Assembly (NCBI GenBank): GCA_050084985.1
Contig: JBITNC010000001.1
Location: forward strand, 18,786,001-18,850,000
Source: Nageia nagi
Taxonomy: Eukaryota > Plantae > Pinophyta
DNA: 64,000 nucleotides
Direction: 5' to 3'
Shown here: positions 12,285-24,236 of the stretch, piece after piece
How positions within the stretch are numbered: position 1 is the first letter of the stretch
How the letters are laid out: each line of letters starts with the position of its first letter
Position numbers and translations under genes: made by a program
Notes under the pieces: generated by a model
What the model was told of the DNA's origin: nothing
Seen by the model: the letters and a program-made list of their open reading frames with translations, nothing else
The model's database searches: none

Positions 12285-13227
12285 TAAATATGGTAAAGGT
12301 GACATGAGTATTGAATCGAGACCCCATACATTCCTCACATCGATCAATTCACTTGGAGTTGAGATAAGAGTGAAACTTGATGGTGAAGTAATTAAGGATG
12401 TGTAGTAGGTACGTAAAATCAATACATTTATGTTTGAAAATCAATACATTTAAAATATTTACAATATAATAATTTACTAATATTTTCAAATATTTTACAG
12501 GGAGAGCTTTTTATGAACATCTAAGGAAGTATTGCACTCAATTTTTTTGCAAATACCTTAGATCTTGATTGGAAATCACAAGATGAGAGCAATACATTTT
12601 TTTATATATTATTAATAATAATATTTTGAGAAAATTTTATTATCCATATAAAAATCTTATTTTCCAAAAAAATAAAAATTAATTTTTATAATTGTGTATT
12701 TTGTAGGTAAAAGAAAATTTATAAATGTTCTCAAAAAAGATTTTGGAGATGGGTTAAGTGCAAATTTTGCACTACAAAGGGCAAGAAGGATTGTGAATTA
12801 GAAGAGAGACCAATATAAATGCATCATAAAGTCTCTTGACGTTGTTGAATGTACCCATTACCACAGAAAGGCTAACAGTGATCCAAAAGTGTGGAAATAG
12901 TTGGTGGCGAAAGTGAATGCAACTGAGGAGCATCATGCATCTGCACAAGAACCCTCACAATAGCAAAAGCTTCATGAACATTTGGATTTTTCATATCATT
13001 ATTCGTAGGTAAGCATTGCATGGGTTCTGCAAGAAACCAAGGGTTGGATGCCATGTTTGTGAGTATACTAATTTAATGAATTCTTTAATGTTTATACTTC
13101 ACATAATTAAATATTTATTATTTTTTTGTAGTTATCCAAATATGATCGACTTCCAATAAAGAAGGAACGCAAATATGGACTTAAAGAAGGTTTTGCAAAG
13201 CTTGTTGAAAAGGTGGATGTTGAAATG
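12285..13227 (+). pseudogene. Decayed TnpA-like gene of CACTA-2 (four recognisable exons)
   Basis: Exons at ~12285-12408, 12501-12590, 12707-13058 and 13132-13227. Peptides VEIRVKLDGEVIKD, LDLDWKSQDE, VLKKDFGD, ANSDPKVWK..AQEPS and KYDRLPIKKERKYGLK align with CACTA-1 IEIKVDEKDVVIKD, IDLEWKK*NE, ILKKEFGD, ANVDKKVWK..IAEPS and KYGRYPSKDEVKFALK. Confidence 0.75.
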
Positions 13228-15183
13228 GTAAGCAAGTAGGAAAACCTTATGTGCTTTAAATTAATTATTTAAATTTAATTTTTAAATGTCAATACAAGTT
13301 TTAAATATTTTACTTAGTGTTAAAAATATTGACTTAGGGATTAAGCGTTAATAGTTTTACAAGGGTTCAAGGTTTAGGGTTTATGGGTTTAGGTTTAAGG
13401 GCTTATGGGTTTTAGGGTATAGGATTTTAAGGGGTTAGGATATATGGTTTTTAGGATTTAAGGGTTTAGGGTTTTGACTAAGGTTTTTCAGGGTTTAAGA
13501 TTTACGAGTTTAAGGTTTAAGGGTTTATGATTTTATAAATTTAATTTAGGGTTTTAAGGTATAAGGTTTAGAGTTTGAAGGATTAAAGGTTTAGAGTTTA
13601 GGGTTATAGGGTTTAGGTTTTATAGTTTAAGGGCTTATGGGTTTTAAGGTTTATAGTTTTAGGAGTTTAAGGGTTTAAGGTTTAAGGTTTAGGATTAAAG
13701 AGTTTAATGTTTTACGATTTTAGGACTTAGGGTTTTAAGGTTTAGGGTTTATAGTTTAAGGGCTTAAGGATTTTAAGGTTTAAGGTTTACAATTTAAGGG
13801 CTTAACTATTTTAGGGTTTAGGAGCTTAGGGTTTAGGTCTTACAATTTTTAGGGTTTAAGGTTTAGTGTTAAACTTAAACTGATATAAATATGAATTAGT
13901 TTCTTAAAAATATGACTTAGCTTAGTAAATATTTGACATAAGTTAGGCTTAAGTTAGTAAACATTTAACTTATATTACAATTGCATTAGACTTAAGTTAA
14001 TAAAAATTTAAATTAGTTTCTTAAAATTATCACTTAGGTTAGTAAAAAATAACTAAAAAGATAATGAAAACCAATCTTAGAAGACTATGTCCATCAAACT
14101 TTGCCCAATGATGTTAACTACAATGCTAAGAACAAAAAATAAAACATAAAATTTTTCTCATAACTCAATTATTGATCGTCCCATACAATAATAATATTTA
14201 AAAAATATATGAGCTCATGATTATCATTAATTGTTAAATCATATAATACATTATACATGATTTTGTATCTAAATATATATTTTTGCATGTACACTAACTA
14301 TAACCCTAAACGCTTACCACTAACACTAACCTTAACTCTAACCCCTAAATCGTAACCATAACCATAATACTTTAACTCAAATAAAACTTATTTGATTAGT
14401 AAAAATTGACTTAGAGTAGATTTATTAAATTTAAGGGTTTAAGATTTTAGGGTTTAGGGGTTTATAATTTAGGGTTTTACAATTTTAAGGTTCAAGATTG
14501 TAACATTTAAAGTTTAGGGTTCAAGGGCTTAAGGGTTTTAGGGTTTAGGGTATAAGGTTTTTAAGGTTTAGGGGTTAGGGTATAAGGTTTTTAAAGTTTA
14601 ATGTTTTAAGGTTTTAGGGTTTTATCTAGGGTTTTTAGGGTTTATGAGTTTAAGGTTTAAGGGTTTTATGATTTTACAATTTTAAGTTTTAAGATTTAGA
14701 GTTCAAGGGTTTAAAGTTTAAGGTTATAGGGTTTGTGGTTATAAGGTTTATGGTTTAAGGGAGTAAGGATTTTAGGGTCAAGGATTTTAGAAGTTTAAGG
14801 TTTAGGGTTTAAACATGTAGGGTTTTACAATTTTAAGGTTCAGGCTTTTAAGGTTTAAGGTTTATAGTTTAAAGTCTTAAGGGTTTAGGGTTTTAAGAGT
14901 TTAAGGTTTAGGGTTTATATTTTAAGGGTATAAGTGTTTTAGGGTTAAGGAGGTTAGGGTTTAAGGGTTTAGGGTTTTATCATTTTTAGGTTTAATTAAG
15001 GTTTAAGGTTAGACTTAAATTTAATAAAAATATGAATTAGTTTCTTCAAAATATGACTTAGGTTAGTAAAATAGAATTGAAAATCAATCGTAAAAGACTA
15101 TGTCCATCAACCTTTGATCGATGATATTAACTACTATGCCAAGAACAACAAATAAAAAATAAAATTCCCACTCAACTCAATTA

Positions 15184-16917
15184 TGAAGGATTTGAACTAG
15201 ATCTAAACAAATCCTCTAGGACCTTAGACTAGGAAACTCAAGTGTACACAAGATAACACAATCACTCAAGATAACACATCAATATAATGTGGTTCCTCCC
15301 TCCTTGGGAGTACATCCACAACTAGTTCTCTTATTCTCAAATCTATGTCTCTCTTACAACTATTCTCTAGCTCTCTCCTACACAACCAAGTAGAGTAATC
15401 TTACTCAAAACTTAGATATGTTTACATGAGGAGAGGCCCTCTATTTATAGGTTGAGAGCACCTCCCTAACCTTCCTTTAACCCAAGGGTAAGGTTAGGGT
15501 TACATTAAATTTATCACCAAACTTCAACCTACCAACTACCCACTTTGGTAAAGTCAAAGTCTACATATTAAAGAATTCTATTAATCACTTAAGGTATCTA
15601 CATACCTTTAAGTGATTAATTGAATTTACAAGGAGTCTAGATATTCACAATATTTCATTACAAATTCTAACACTCCCCCTTAATGCAATATTGGGATAGA
15701 GCGTAGAAGAGAGAAGAGAGAGAGTAAGAGAGAGTTCTCCTCCATAGAGATACAAGTGGAGATGAGAACTTTTACATATTTTGAGAATCTTTTTGAGAAC
15801 TAGTATGAGACTCACTACATTACCATTTGATAAAAATGGTTTACAATACAATCATTAACCACAACTGGTTTCACTGTACATAGTAGTCGATCAACTTTAA
15901 GCTGACATGTGAGTCTCCATGAGCTTGCTTTCACAAGGTGAGTAACCTGCATTTCTAAAGAAGATCCTGCATGCTACAAGCAACTCATGAACAAAATCAG
16001 TTAGATGCATCATATATTCAAATAAGAGAATCAAATAATGCCATCTTATAAATAACTGATCAATGGTGCACTATAAGCCATCACAGAGATGCCAAGCCAT
16101 CACTCATAGTCACCTGTTGTATATAGACATGTGTTGATTTTAAAAATAGAGCATAAAATTGTACAACGAGTTTCTCACACAGAGCAAACTCACCACGGAG
16201 GTATAGAATGTACAACAAGTTCGTCACGCAGAGCGAACTTACCACGGAGGTATATTAATTACATGCTCAAATTTTGTACAATAAGTTTCTCACGCAGAGC
16301 AAACTCACCACGGAGGTATAAAATGTACAACAAGTTTGTCACGCAGAGCAAACTTACCACTAAGGTATAAAATAATCAACACTCTATAACAACAATTGTA
16401 CAACAAGTTTGTCACGCAGAGCAAGCTTACCACGGAGGTAACTAGATCTAAACAAATCCTCTAGGACCTTAGACTAGGAAACTCAAGTGTACACAAGATA
16501 ACACAATCACTCAAGATAACACATCAATATAATGTGGTTCCTCCCTCCTTGGGAGTACATCCACAACTAGTTCTCATATTCTCAAATCTATGTCTCTCTT
16601 ACAACTATTCTCTAGCTCTCTCCTACACAACCAAGTAGAGTAATCTTACTCAAAACTTAGATATGTTTACATGAGAAGAGGCCCTCTATTTATAGGTTGA
16701 GAGCACCTCCCTAACCTTCCTTTAACCCAAGGGTAAGGTTAGGGTTACATTAAATTTATCACCAAACTTCAACCTACCAACTACCCACTTTGGTAAAGTC
16801 AAAGTCTACATATTAAAGAATTCTATTAATCACTTAAGGTATCTACATACCTTTAAGTGATTAATTGAATTTACAAGGAGTCTAGATATTCACAATATTT
16901 CATTACAAATTCTAACA
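15184..16917 (-). mobile_element. Young non-autonomous LTR retrotransposon (1.73 kb, no gag-pol)
   Basis: LTRs 15184-15672 and 16440-16917 show 2 mismatches over 478 bp by eye. TG..CA outer ends; PPT AAGGGGGAG on - at 15673; TATA box CTATAAATAG on -; perfect TSD AATTA (15179-15183 / 16918-16922). Confidence 0.95.
16160..16440. repeat. Five ~45-bp repeats inside the LTR element
   Basis: TGTACAACAAGTTTGTCACGCAGAGCAAACTTACCACGGAGGTA-like unit near 16160, 16210, 16275, 16324 and 16397. Confidence 0.9.
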
Positions 16918-18261
16918 AATTATTGATTGCCCCATGCAATAACAATATTAAAAAATATATGAGCTCACAATTATCATTAATTGTTAAATCATATAATACA
17001 TTGTACATGATTCCATATCTAAATATATATTTGTGCATGCACACTAAGCCCAACCTTAAATGCTTACCCCTAACCCTTACCACTAACCTTAACCCTAACC
17101 TTAACACCTAAATCGTAACCATAACCCTAAATATTCCTAACCCTAACCCTTAACTATTTACATTAACCTTAACCCTTAACCCCTTATCCTAACTGCTTAC
17201 CTTAAACCTAATTGTAATCCCTAACCATTAAAACCTAACCCCTTAACCCTAACCCCTAAATTTGACTTAGGTCAATAAAATTTTGACTTATGTTAGACCT
17301 AGGTTGCTAAAATTTTAACTTAGGTTAGACTTACTAGGTTACTAAAAAATTGACTTAGATTATATTTATTAAGTTACGAAAAATTCTTAGATTATATTTA
17401 TTAAGTTACGAAAAATTTGAGGCAGGTTAGTAAAAATCAAGGTTAAATAATTTGATACTATTTTTTTCCTTTTAATATACACTAATAAGATTAAATCTTT
17501 GATTGGTAATAGTTTTTGTGCTATTAATTAATTAGTTAATTATAATTTGAAATTCATGAAATGATTTTTAATTTATGATTGTTTACTAACATTTTTAATT
17601 ATGTTTTTAATGTGTTTAAAAATTATTTTGAGTTCCAAATTTTTGATTCCATTAAATTTAATAGTATTTAATTTATTTCAATTCAAATAAATTTTAATTC
17701 AACTAAGTTTATTTAATTCAATTAAATATAATCAATACATTAAATTCATTATAATGAATAAATTCATTTAAATATTCATTCAATTTAATATAAATTTTTT
17801 CAAAAATAATATCATTGAAAAAATTGCAAAAAAATAAAATTATTTTTTTAAATTCATTTTTTTTTCAATTCCAACTTCTTGTTTAACGTTACTACCAACG
17901 TCAATACCAACATTATACCTAATGGAAAATACAAAAAAAAAAAAATTTAATTATATTTCTTGATGATATAACTGATGGAAATAGTGACGATAACATAATG
18001 TTTTGCTAGAAATCCTAACAGTATATATGATGTCTCTGACAATATGCATGACATATATTGTGATGGTATTTTATTGATTTTATGATGAAATGTCCAACGT
18101 TGTGTGTGATGTATAATGATGAAATGCTTGACAAAAATTATTTCAATGGTTTTGATAGACACGTTAACCTCAACCATGTCATGAGGGGTTTAAATTTTAA
18201 AAAGTAAAATACAAAGGGCCCTGATGTTATTTCTAATGATTGACCCCTTTTTCTTGTAGTG

Positions 18262-19330
18262 TATTAAATGAATTACATTAGGAAACTTTACAATAATGCA
18301 TTATACATTCCAATAATGCCTCATCAAAATGTAATCTCATGAATTGTAATGTTTGCAGGATATGCAAAACATAATTTTTCCAAAAAAAACTTGCAAACTT
18401 TTATGTAGATGCAAAATGTGGGAGAATACAAACTCTACAACCTTTACCATCATTTTTCCAACATGCCACCAACACGAGAGCTCAAGAAGGAGGTATGGAA
18501 ATCCATCAAAGAGTAGTTCGAAATGGTTTTTCATCGAATGTTATGATTATGAATGCCCTTATTAACATGTATGTAAAATATGGAAGAATACAAACTAGGT
18601 TTTTTGTAGAACATTATGGTTGCAAATTCCATGATAAACAATTGATTATTTTAGTTGTGAAATCAAGCTAGTGTTTTCATCGAACATTGTATTTATGAAT
18701 GCCATGATAAATAAGTACGCAAAACAACATAGGAATAAGGTACAAATAACTTACTTTTGATGGAGAAAATTGTAGACTAAAATCCTTAGCCACTATTTCT
18801 CATTTGGAAAAAAGACTAAACCTGTAACCACCATTGCTCATTTAGAAATTGCAAACTGGCATGTATGCAAAATGTAGAAGAATACAAGCTAAGGTTTCAT
18901 TGAATGTTGTGGAAGAAACAACCTAGACCAACACAGTTTCATCGAATGTTGTGATTTTGAATGCAAGATATAATTTTTTTGGCTTGTAACTTTTCATCAA
19001 ACATTTTGGTTGTAAAATTACGAAAATATGTTTTGAGCGACTGTTGTTCTACATGTATGCAACATGTAAAAAAATAAATAATGCTTGATAATTATTTAAG
19101 AAGATGCATGGTGCAAACACAGTTTCATAGACTAGAATGATCACAAGATATACAAATTATAGAAATGAATTTTAATCGAATGTTATGGTTATGAAATCAT
19201 GCTAGGGTTTTTATCAAACATTGTAGTTGTGAATGCCATGATAAACAATCAAATGTTGTGGTTGTGAATGCCATGATAACCAAGTATGGAAAATAAAATA
19301 ACAACTGGGTATAAATAACTTATTTGAAAT
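18262..19330 (+). pseudogene. PLS-class PPR pseudogene with an amplified motif segment
   Basis: Translates to MPHQNVIS*IVMFAGYAK, NSTTFTIIFPTC and SNVMIMNALINMYVKYGRI, matching the PPR consensus VVSWNAMIAGYAQ and NALIDMYAKCG; many stops and indels. Confidence 0.8.
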
Positions 19331-20479
19331 AAAAAAAAAATTGCAGATTGAAATCAGGAACCACTGCTACTTGTCCAATCACTGTACAACATCAATGTGA
19401 CCAACAATGAGTTAAGCGATAATGTGAAACATATAGGATAAACTTCTTGTTTATCATTAAAGAGTCCTTGAAAGTCAGTATAATGGGAAAACTCCTCTTT
19501 ATCCCTACAAAGACTTTAAAATACATGATAGGGTGTAAAGCCTCATGTTTACTTATATAACTAAAAAGCATTTAACCCCTACCATTAATAAACACATCAA
19601 AGGTGGTTGACCATGTACAAATGCATACACGATGATATGACAGGCTCTAAGATAAATGCCTTATGTTTATCGTGATGGGGGTTAAATGCTTGATGTTTAA
19701 ATATGTAAACAATAAGCATTTAATCTACCCTCATAAATGCATCCTAGTGGCAAGTGACATTCAAATCGAGGGGATCAAAATTTGGGCGAGCAATTGAGGG
19801 GGGTGTAAACGCCTTAAGTTTAACTCCTCTCAATTGCAATGGATGAGACATTGTAAATGCATTGAGTTTACTTGATAAACGTGACATGTTTAACACTATA
19901 TCAAAATCTAGGTAACAATCTTACTTGGAGTAAACACATTTTGCTTATATCGGGCAAAATGAAATGCATTTACATTGTGAGTTAAACACATTTTATTTAC
20001 AATATGAACGAAGTTTGATTTCCAAAAAATTGAAAGAAGTTCAATTTACAAAAAAAGTGATTAGACTTTGGACATTTAACCCATATGGGCATGGGCATAA
20101 GCATGGCTCATGCATGAATGCCTTTCGCAATGACAATAACACCCAAAATGTTAGATAGCTTCCTCCATTTAATTGTATGATTTTTTAACATTTGATTATT
20201 AAATCTCAAAGTTTTAAATATATATTTATATATGTTTTGAATTTCCTAACCCACAAAATTAATTTGAACTCCCACTTAAATATGCTTAATCGACTTTTTT
20301 TTTATTTTATTGTAAAACTATTAATATTTTTTTAATATAATGACCTTTTCACTTAAAAAAAAAAACCGTTTACATGTCTACATTAAATATCCAATTTGGT
20401 AAAGGAGCAAGCTATCCAAATACCAGTTGTACAAACAGAAAAAAATATCATTGGAAAAAACGTGCAACGACTTTCCTTC

Positions 20480-20900
20480 TCTACTGCTAATTGAAACTCT
20501 GTCACCTAACGCCAAAAACTCCTGTTAATATCCGTTCACGTTTCTATGAATCGTCTCCCTTTTCCTTTGTATTCCTATCCAAGGAGCAGGGTTTCAATCT
20601 ACTATATCATGGATCACCACACCAATCCATGAAATTTTCGTCTAACGTCTATCCAATTCTCAAAGAAGTGGTTGTCTTTTTTCGGATTCCGTCCAGAAAT
20701 CCGGATTCCTGTAATCTTGAGGTTCATTTTGAGCACAGATCTGGCGGAAACAGCGCCGGATTCGAAATTTTGGGTCAGAGAAAAGGTATGCGCTCTATAC
20801 AATATCTTATGCGAATTTATGAAAGTGAAGTACGCCCGGCCATGCTAGGGAATACGTATCGTAGCAATCCGCGGAGACTGGCTATTGAAATTTGTATTCT
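20480..20900 (+). promoter_or_regulatory. CpG-rich promoter / first non-coding exon of SPPL1 (putative donor AAG|GTATGC at 20786)
   Basis: Local CpG enrichment in an otherwise CpG-poor window, ~1 kb upstream of the ATG. The TSS cannot be determined from sequence. Confidence 0.5.
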
Positions 20901-21775
20901 TTAGGGAAACTAGGGATCGAAAATTAGGGCATTGAAAATTGTAGAGAAATTTGAATTATCTCCAAAGCTTTGGTACAGTAAACATATCTGGATATAATTT
21001 CGAAGGGTTGAGGGAGGAAACGCCTTACATTGAGGGAAATTAGCCAAAGAGAGGATTTTAGGGAGGGATTTGTATAATGTGACATGAAGTTAGAATTTTG
21101 CATTTGAGGTTGATTTAGCATCAATTACGGAAAAAAATCTTTTAAGTTGGATCCGTTGACCAGTATTGGAACCCTAGGTGAGCGAATGTTTCAATCCAGG
21201 GTTTATAATGACCACTTTGAATGCTTGAGCATAATCTGGGGAGTCTTTTGAGGAGAATGTTATTGGGCGCCGTGGCTGTTTTGAATAGTAGGGAAAAAGT
21301 TAAATAGCTTATAATTCTTTACAGTGGTGGTTTGGAAAAGTCGCCCGGAAAGAACTTGACATTGGTTACAGTTATTGCATTTGGTGTCTTTTGATCACCT
21401 GGATATCTAAGCAAAAGTTGGTCAGTTGTGTGGGAAAGATAGCATTTTGTCTTCTGGGAAATCAGAATTGCAAGAACTAGGAGTAGCTTAGAGTTCTCTG
21501 GCTGTCTTTCTTTCTATTCATATTTGATACAAAAAGTAGAATTTGGCCAGTTCTGTCGAGAGGGGCAATTTGTGCATCTGAAATTTGGAAGGAGAAGGAG
21601 TCAAAGTAGCATATAGTTCTTTATCTAGTGTGTTTTTTAAGCCACTTGGATACCAGAGCGGAATGGTGTTTGGTCCACTGTTAAATTTTGCAGTTGCAGA
21701 ATTTGGGATATCTTTAGACATGCTGTTTTAGGGGCTTCTGAAGTTGTCAGCTGAAATTTAAAAGTGTAATCAGTT

Positions 21776-22570
21776 ATGGAGCCGGTATGGAAGATTGCTT
21801 ACCTCCTGGAGCCAGCGTCGCTTGCGCTTATTTGCACTGCAGTTCTTGTTGTTTTTGCATCAGCTCAGAGAGCTCTCAATTATGAGAAAGAAATGGAACG
21901 TAACCGGGATTTTTCAGAATCTTCCATTACGCTTGACAGTTCTCAGGCTCTGATGATTCCTATTGCGAGCTCGTGTAGTCTTCTGTTGATGTTTTATTTA
22001 TTTGCATCCATGTCACATCTTGTAACCGCTTTTACTGCAGTGGCTTCAGCATCATCCCTTGCATTTTGTATCTCCCCTTATATTTTTTACATAAATTCCC
22101 AGCTTGGGTTGGTGGATCCTGTTACCCGGTGCTGTTGTCGAACCATGACTAGACTACAGGGAATTCTGGCATTGGTGAGTTGTACATTGGTGATTGCATG
22201 GCTTGTATCTGGACACTGGATACTAAACAACCTTTTGGGAATTTGCATATGCATTGCTTTTGTTAGTCATGTTCGGTTGCCAAACATAAAAATATGCTCA
22301 TTGCTTCTAGTCTGCTTGTTCGTGTATGACATTTTCTGGGTTTTCTTTTCGGAGCGGTTTTTTGGAGCCAATGTAATGGTATCAGTTGCAACGCAACAAG
22401 CTTCAAATCCAGTTCACACGGTTGTCAATACACTTAATCTTCCAGGTTTGCAATCGATAACAAAGAAGTTGGAGCTTCCTGTTAAACTAGTCTTCCCAAG
22501 AAATTTGCTAGGTGGAATGGTGCCTGGAAACACTGCAGTGGAATTCATGATGTTGGGCCTTGGTGACATG
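21776..22570 (+). CDS. SPPL1: Signal peptide peptidase-like 1, coding exon 1 (265 codons)
   Basis: Multi-TM ORF with catalytic YD (YDIFWVF) and GLGD motifs; GT donor after GGTGACATG. Confidence 0.95.
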
Positions 22571-24236
22571 GTTTGTATTCCTTTCTTAGGGTTTTAACTT
22601 TGCACATTGTTGTGCCTAAGATGATGAATTTTTGTACTGATTTCTGTGCTATCGTTATCCATTCTGCCGTTTTGAAATTCCAAGTTTATGCATCACAAAG
22701 GATGATTTCGATGGGTCATACATTGTGTAATTTGCATATCTTTCAATAAATCTCTAAACTTTGTATGAATTTCTTTATGTTCATAGATTTGACGAATTTC
22801 TCAACAAATTAAAGTTGTTTTTACAGAAATGAGACAAGTATTCATTTTCATTACTGAATGTTTTTTGAGACAAGTATTTGCTGGCAGTTAATGTCTCAAC
22901 TAGTGGGAAATTGGGAAACTTAATACCATAATAAAAATCTTGGTTTACCATAAAATTTTATCAGAGGGCATACTTTTAAATCTTATAATATTTTGATGCC
23001 AATCTAATCTTTGCCAATTCTGTAGCATCAACTGTTTACTGCTTGTTGATATCCAGCAATACCATATCTCAACACTTAAAGTTGGAACGTTGCTTGCATA
23101 ACTGCAATTGAGATAATAGAATGCAAATGCAATTATGTAACTGATGCATCGCCTACATTTTTTAGGCTTCTCCACGTCCCATATTTGCATATTTAGATGT
23201 TTAAAGTTAAGAGTCAATAGATGCTTGAGATAGAACTTATATCTAAGGAGCTAGGTATTAAGTAATCTAAATCCTTCTTTCAGCTCAAATTTATTTTGTT
23301 TTCAAAATATTCTAGCATGTGAAACTTAGTATGGATTACATAAGTTTTTACTGGCTAGGATAATCTTTGTTGATTAAGGTTTGTGAGACACATAAGCTGA
23401 ATTAATATAAGCATCCTAGGATATGCAACACATAATTTCACTGTGATATTTCATAGTCTTCCATTCATTTTGTTCTCAGTTTTAAGGGTTTTTCCTCTTA
23501 AAACAAGTGCTTGAAAATGATTTTGTAAAATAATAATCCTTTTTTATTATATGTAACGTAGTATATGTCAGTATATGTCAATTTATTGTTGAGCATTAAT
23601 ATCTTTTTGACTTAGGTAATGGTAACTCACCTTGCTTGCGAAAACATATTTTCCTTATTATAACTACATATGCATTAGTCCTTATTCTTTAATTTGAAAT
23701 GTAACAAATATTCATGTATTAGAGAAGTTCATAGAGATTCATAGCTACTGTGAAACTTCTGTGCTTTTGCATGAATCTGTATAGAGAAAAATCTTGTTCA
23801 TTTGATGAGCTATATATGCTTCTTATAGTGTTTTTGGGTATTAGAACAGTTTTTAGTTAGCTTGTGTGAACAATCTACATGTCTTAAGTGGTGGCCCTTC
23901 GTTATCCATTTTTATTGTTTAGGTTTCTCTTCTTTTGGATTTTGGTTGCATTCAGTAATTTTGAAATTGCCAACATTACCCTCTATGGAAATTGTTTATA
24001 GATAAATGGTCATCTATGTCATAATTAATTTGTTTGACAATACTTTTATTTGTCATGTGTGCCTGAGTTCTCATGGTGGTTTGTTTATTTTGAAAAGGTT
24101 TTGCAATTAGCAAATTGGGAAAATTTTTATGAAAATATCATCTTGAAAGTGGTTTGATCACCAGCCTGGTTGTTGGGAGTATCGTTTGACAATTTTCAGT
24201 TAATACTTATTGGATATGTGATGAATTAAAATGCAG

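Larger units (their letters stand above)
13335..17440. repeat. Duplicated unit: G-rich telomere-like tract + spacer + C-rich telomere-like tract
   Basis: G tracts ~13335-13870 and ~14430-15010. Spacers ~14050-14295 and 15060-15183 + 16923-17040 are homologous. C tracts ~14295-14385 and ~17040-17260. Confidence 0.85.
12011..18261 (+). mobile_element. CACTA/En-Spm DNA transposon 'CACTA-2', right part
   Basis: Terminus TTTTCTTGTAGTG ending at 18261 is the reverse complement of CACTACAAGAAAA, the canonical En/Spm 13-bp TIR. Contains a paralog of the CACTA-1 gene. Confidence 0.8.

Noticed and set aside
12770-12780. CACTACAAAG as the left TIR of CACTA-2
   Set aside because: It lies inside a conserved exon with no subterminal repeats, and homologous exons continue to its left.
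15250-15278. AAGATAACACA shared between the LTR and the retroposon TSD at 24593/26030
   Set aside because: An 11-bp AT-rich match with no extended homology; most likely chance.
16160-16440. CRISPR-like repeat-spacer array
   Set aside because: Eukaryotic LTR-internal tandem repeats with irregular short gaps and no cas genes.
22571-22597. ORF-track C-terminus VCIPFLGF of SPPL1
   Set aside because: Read-through past the GT donor; the conserved protein continues in exon 2.
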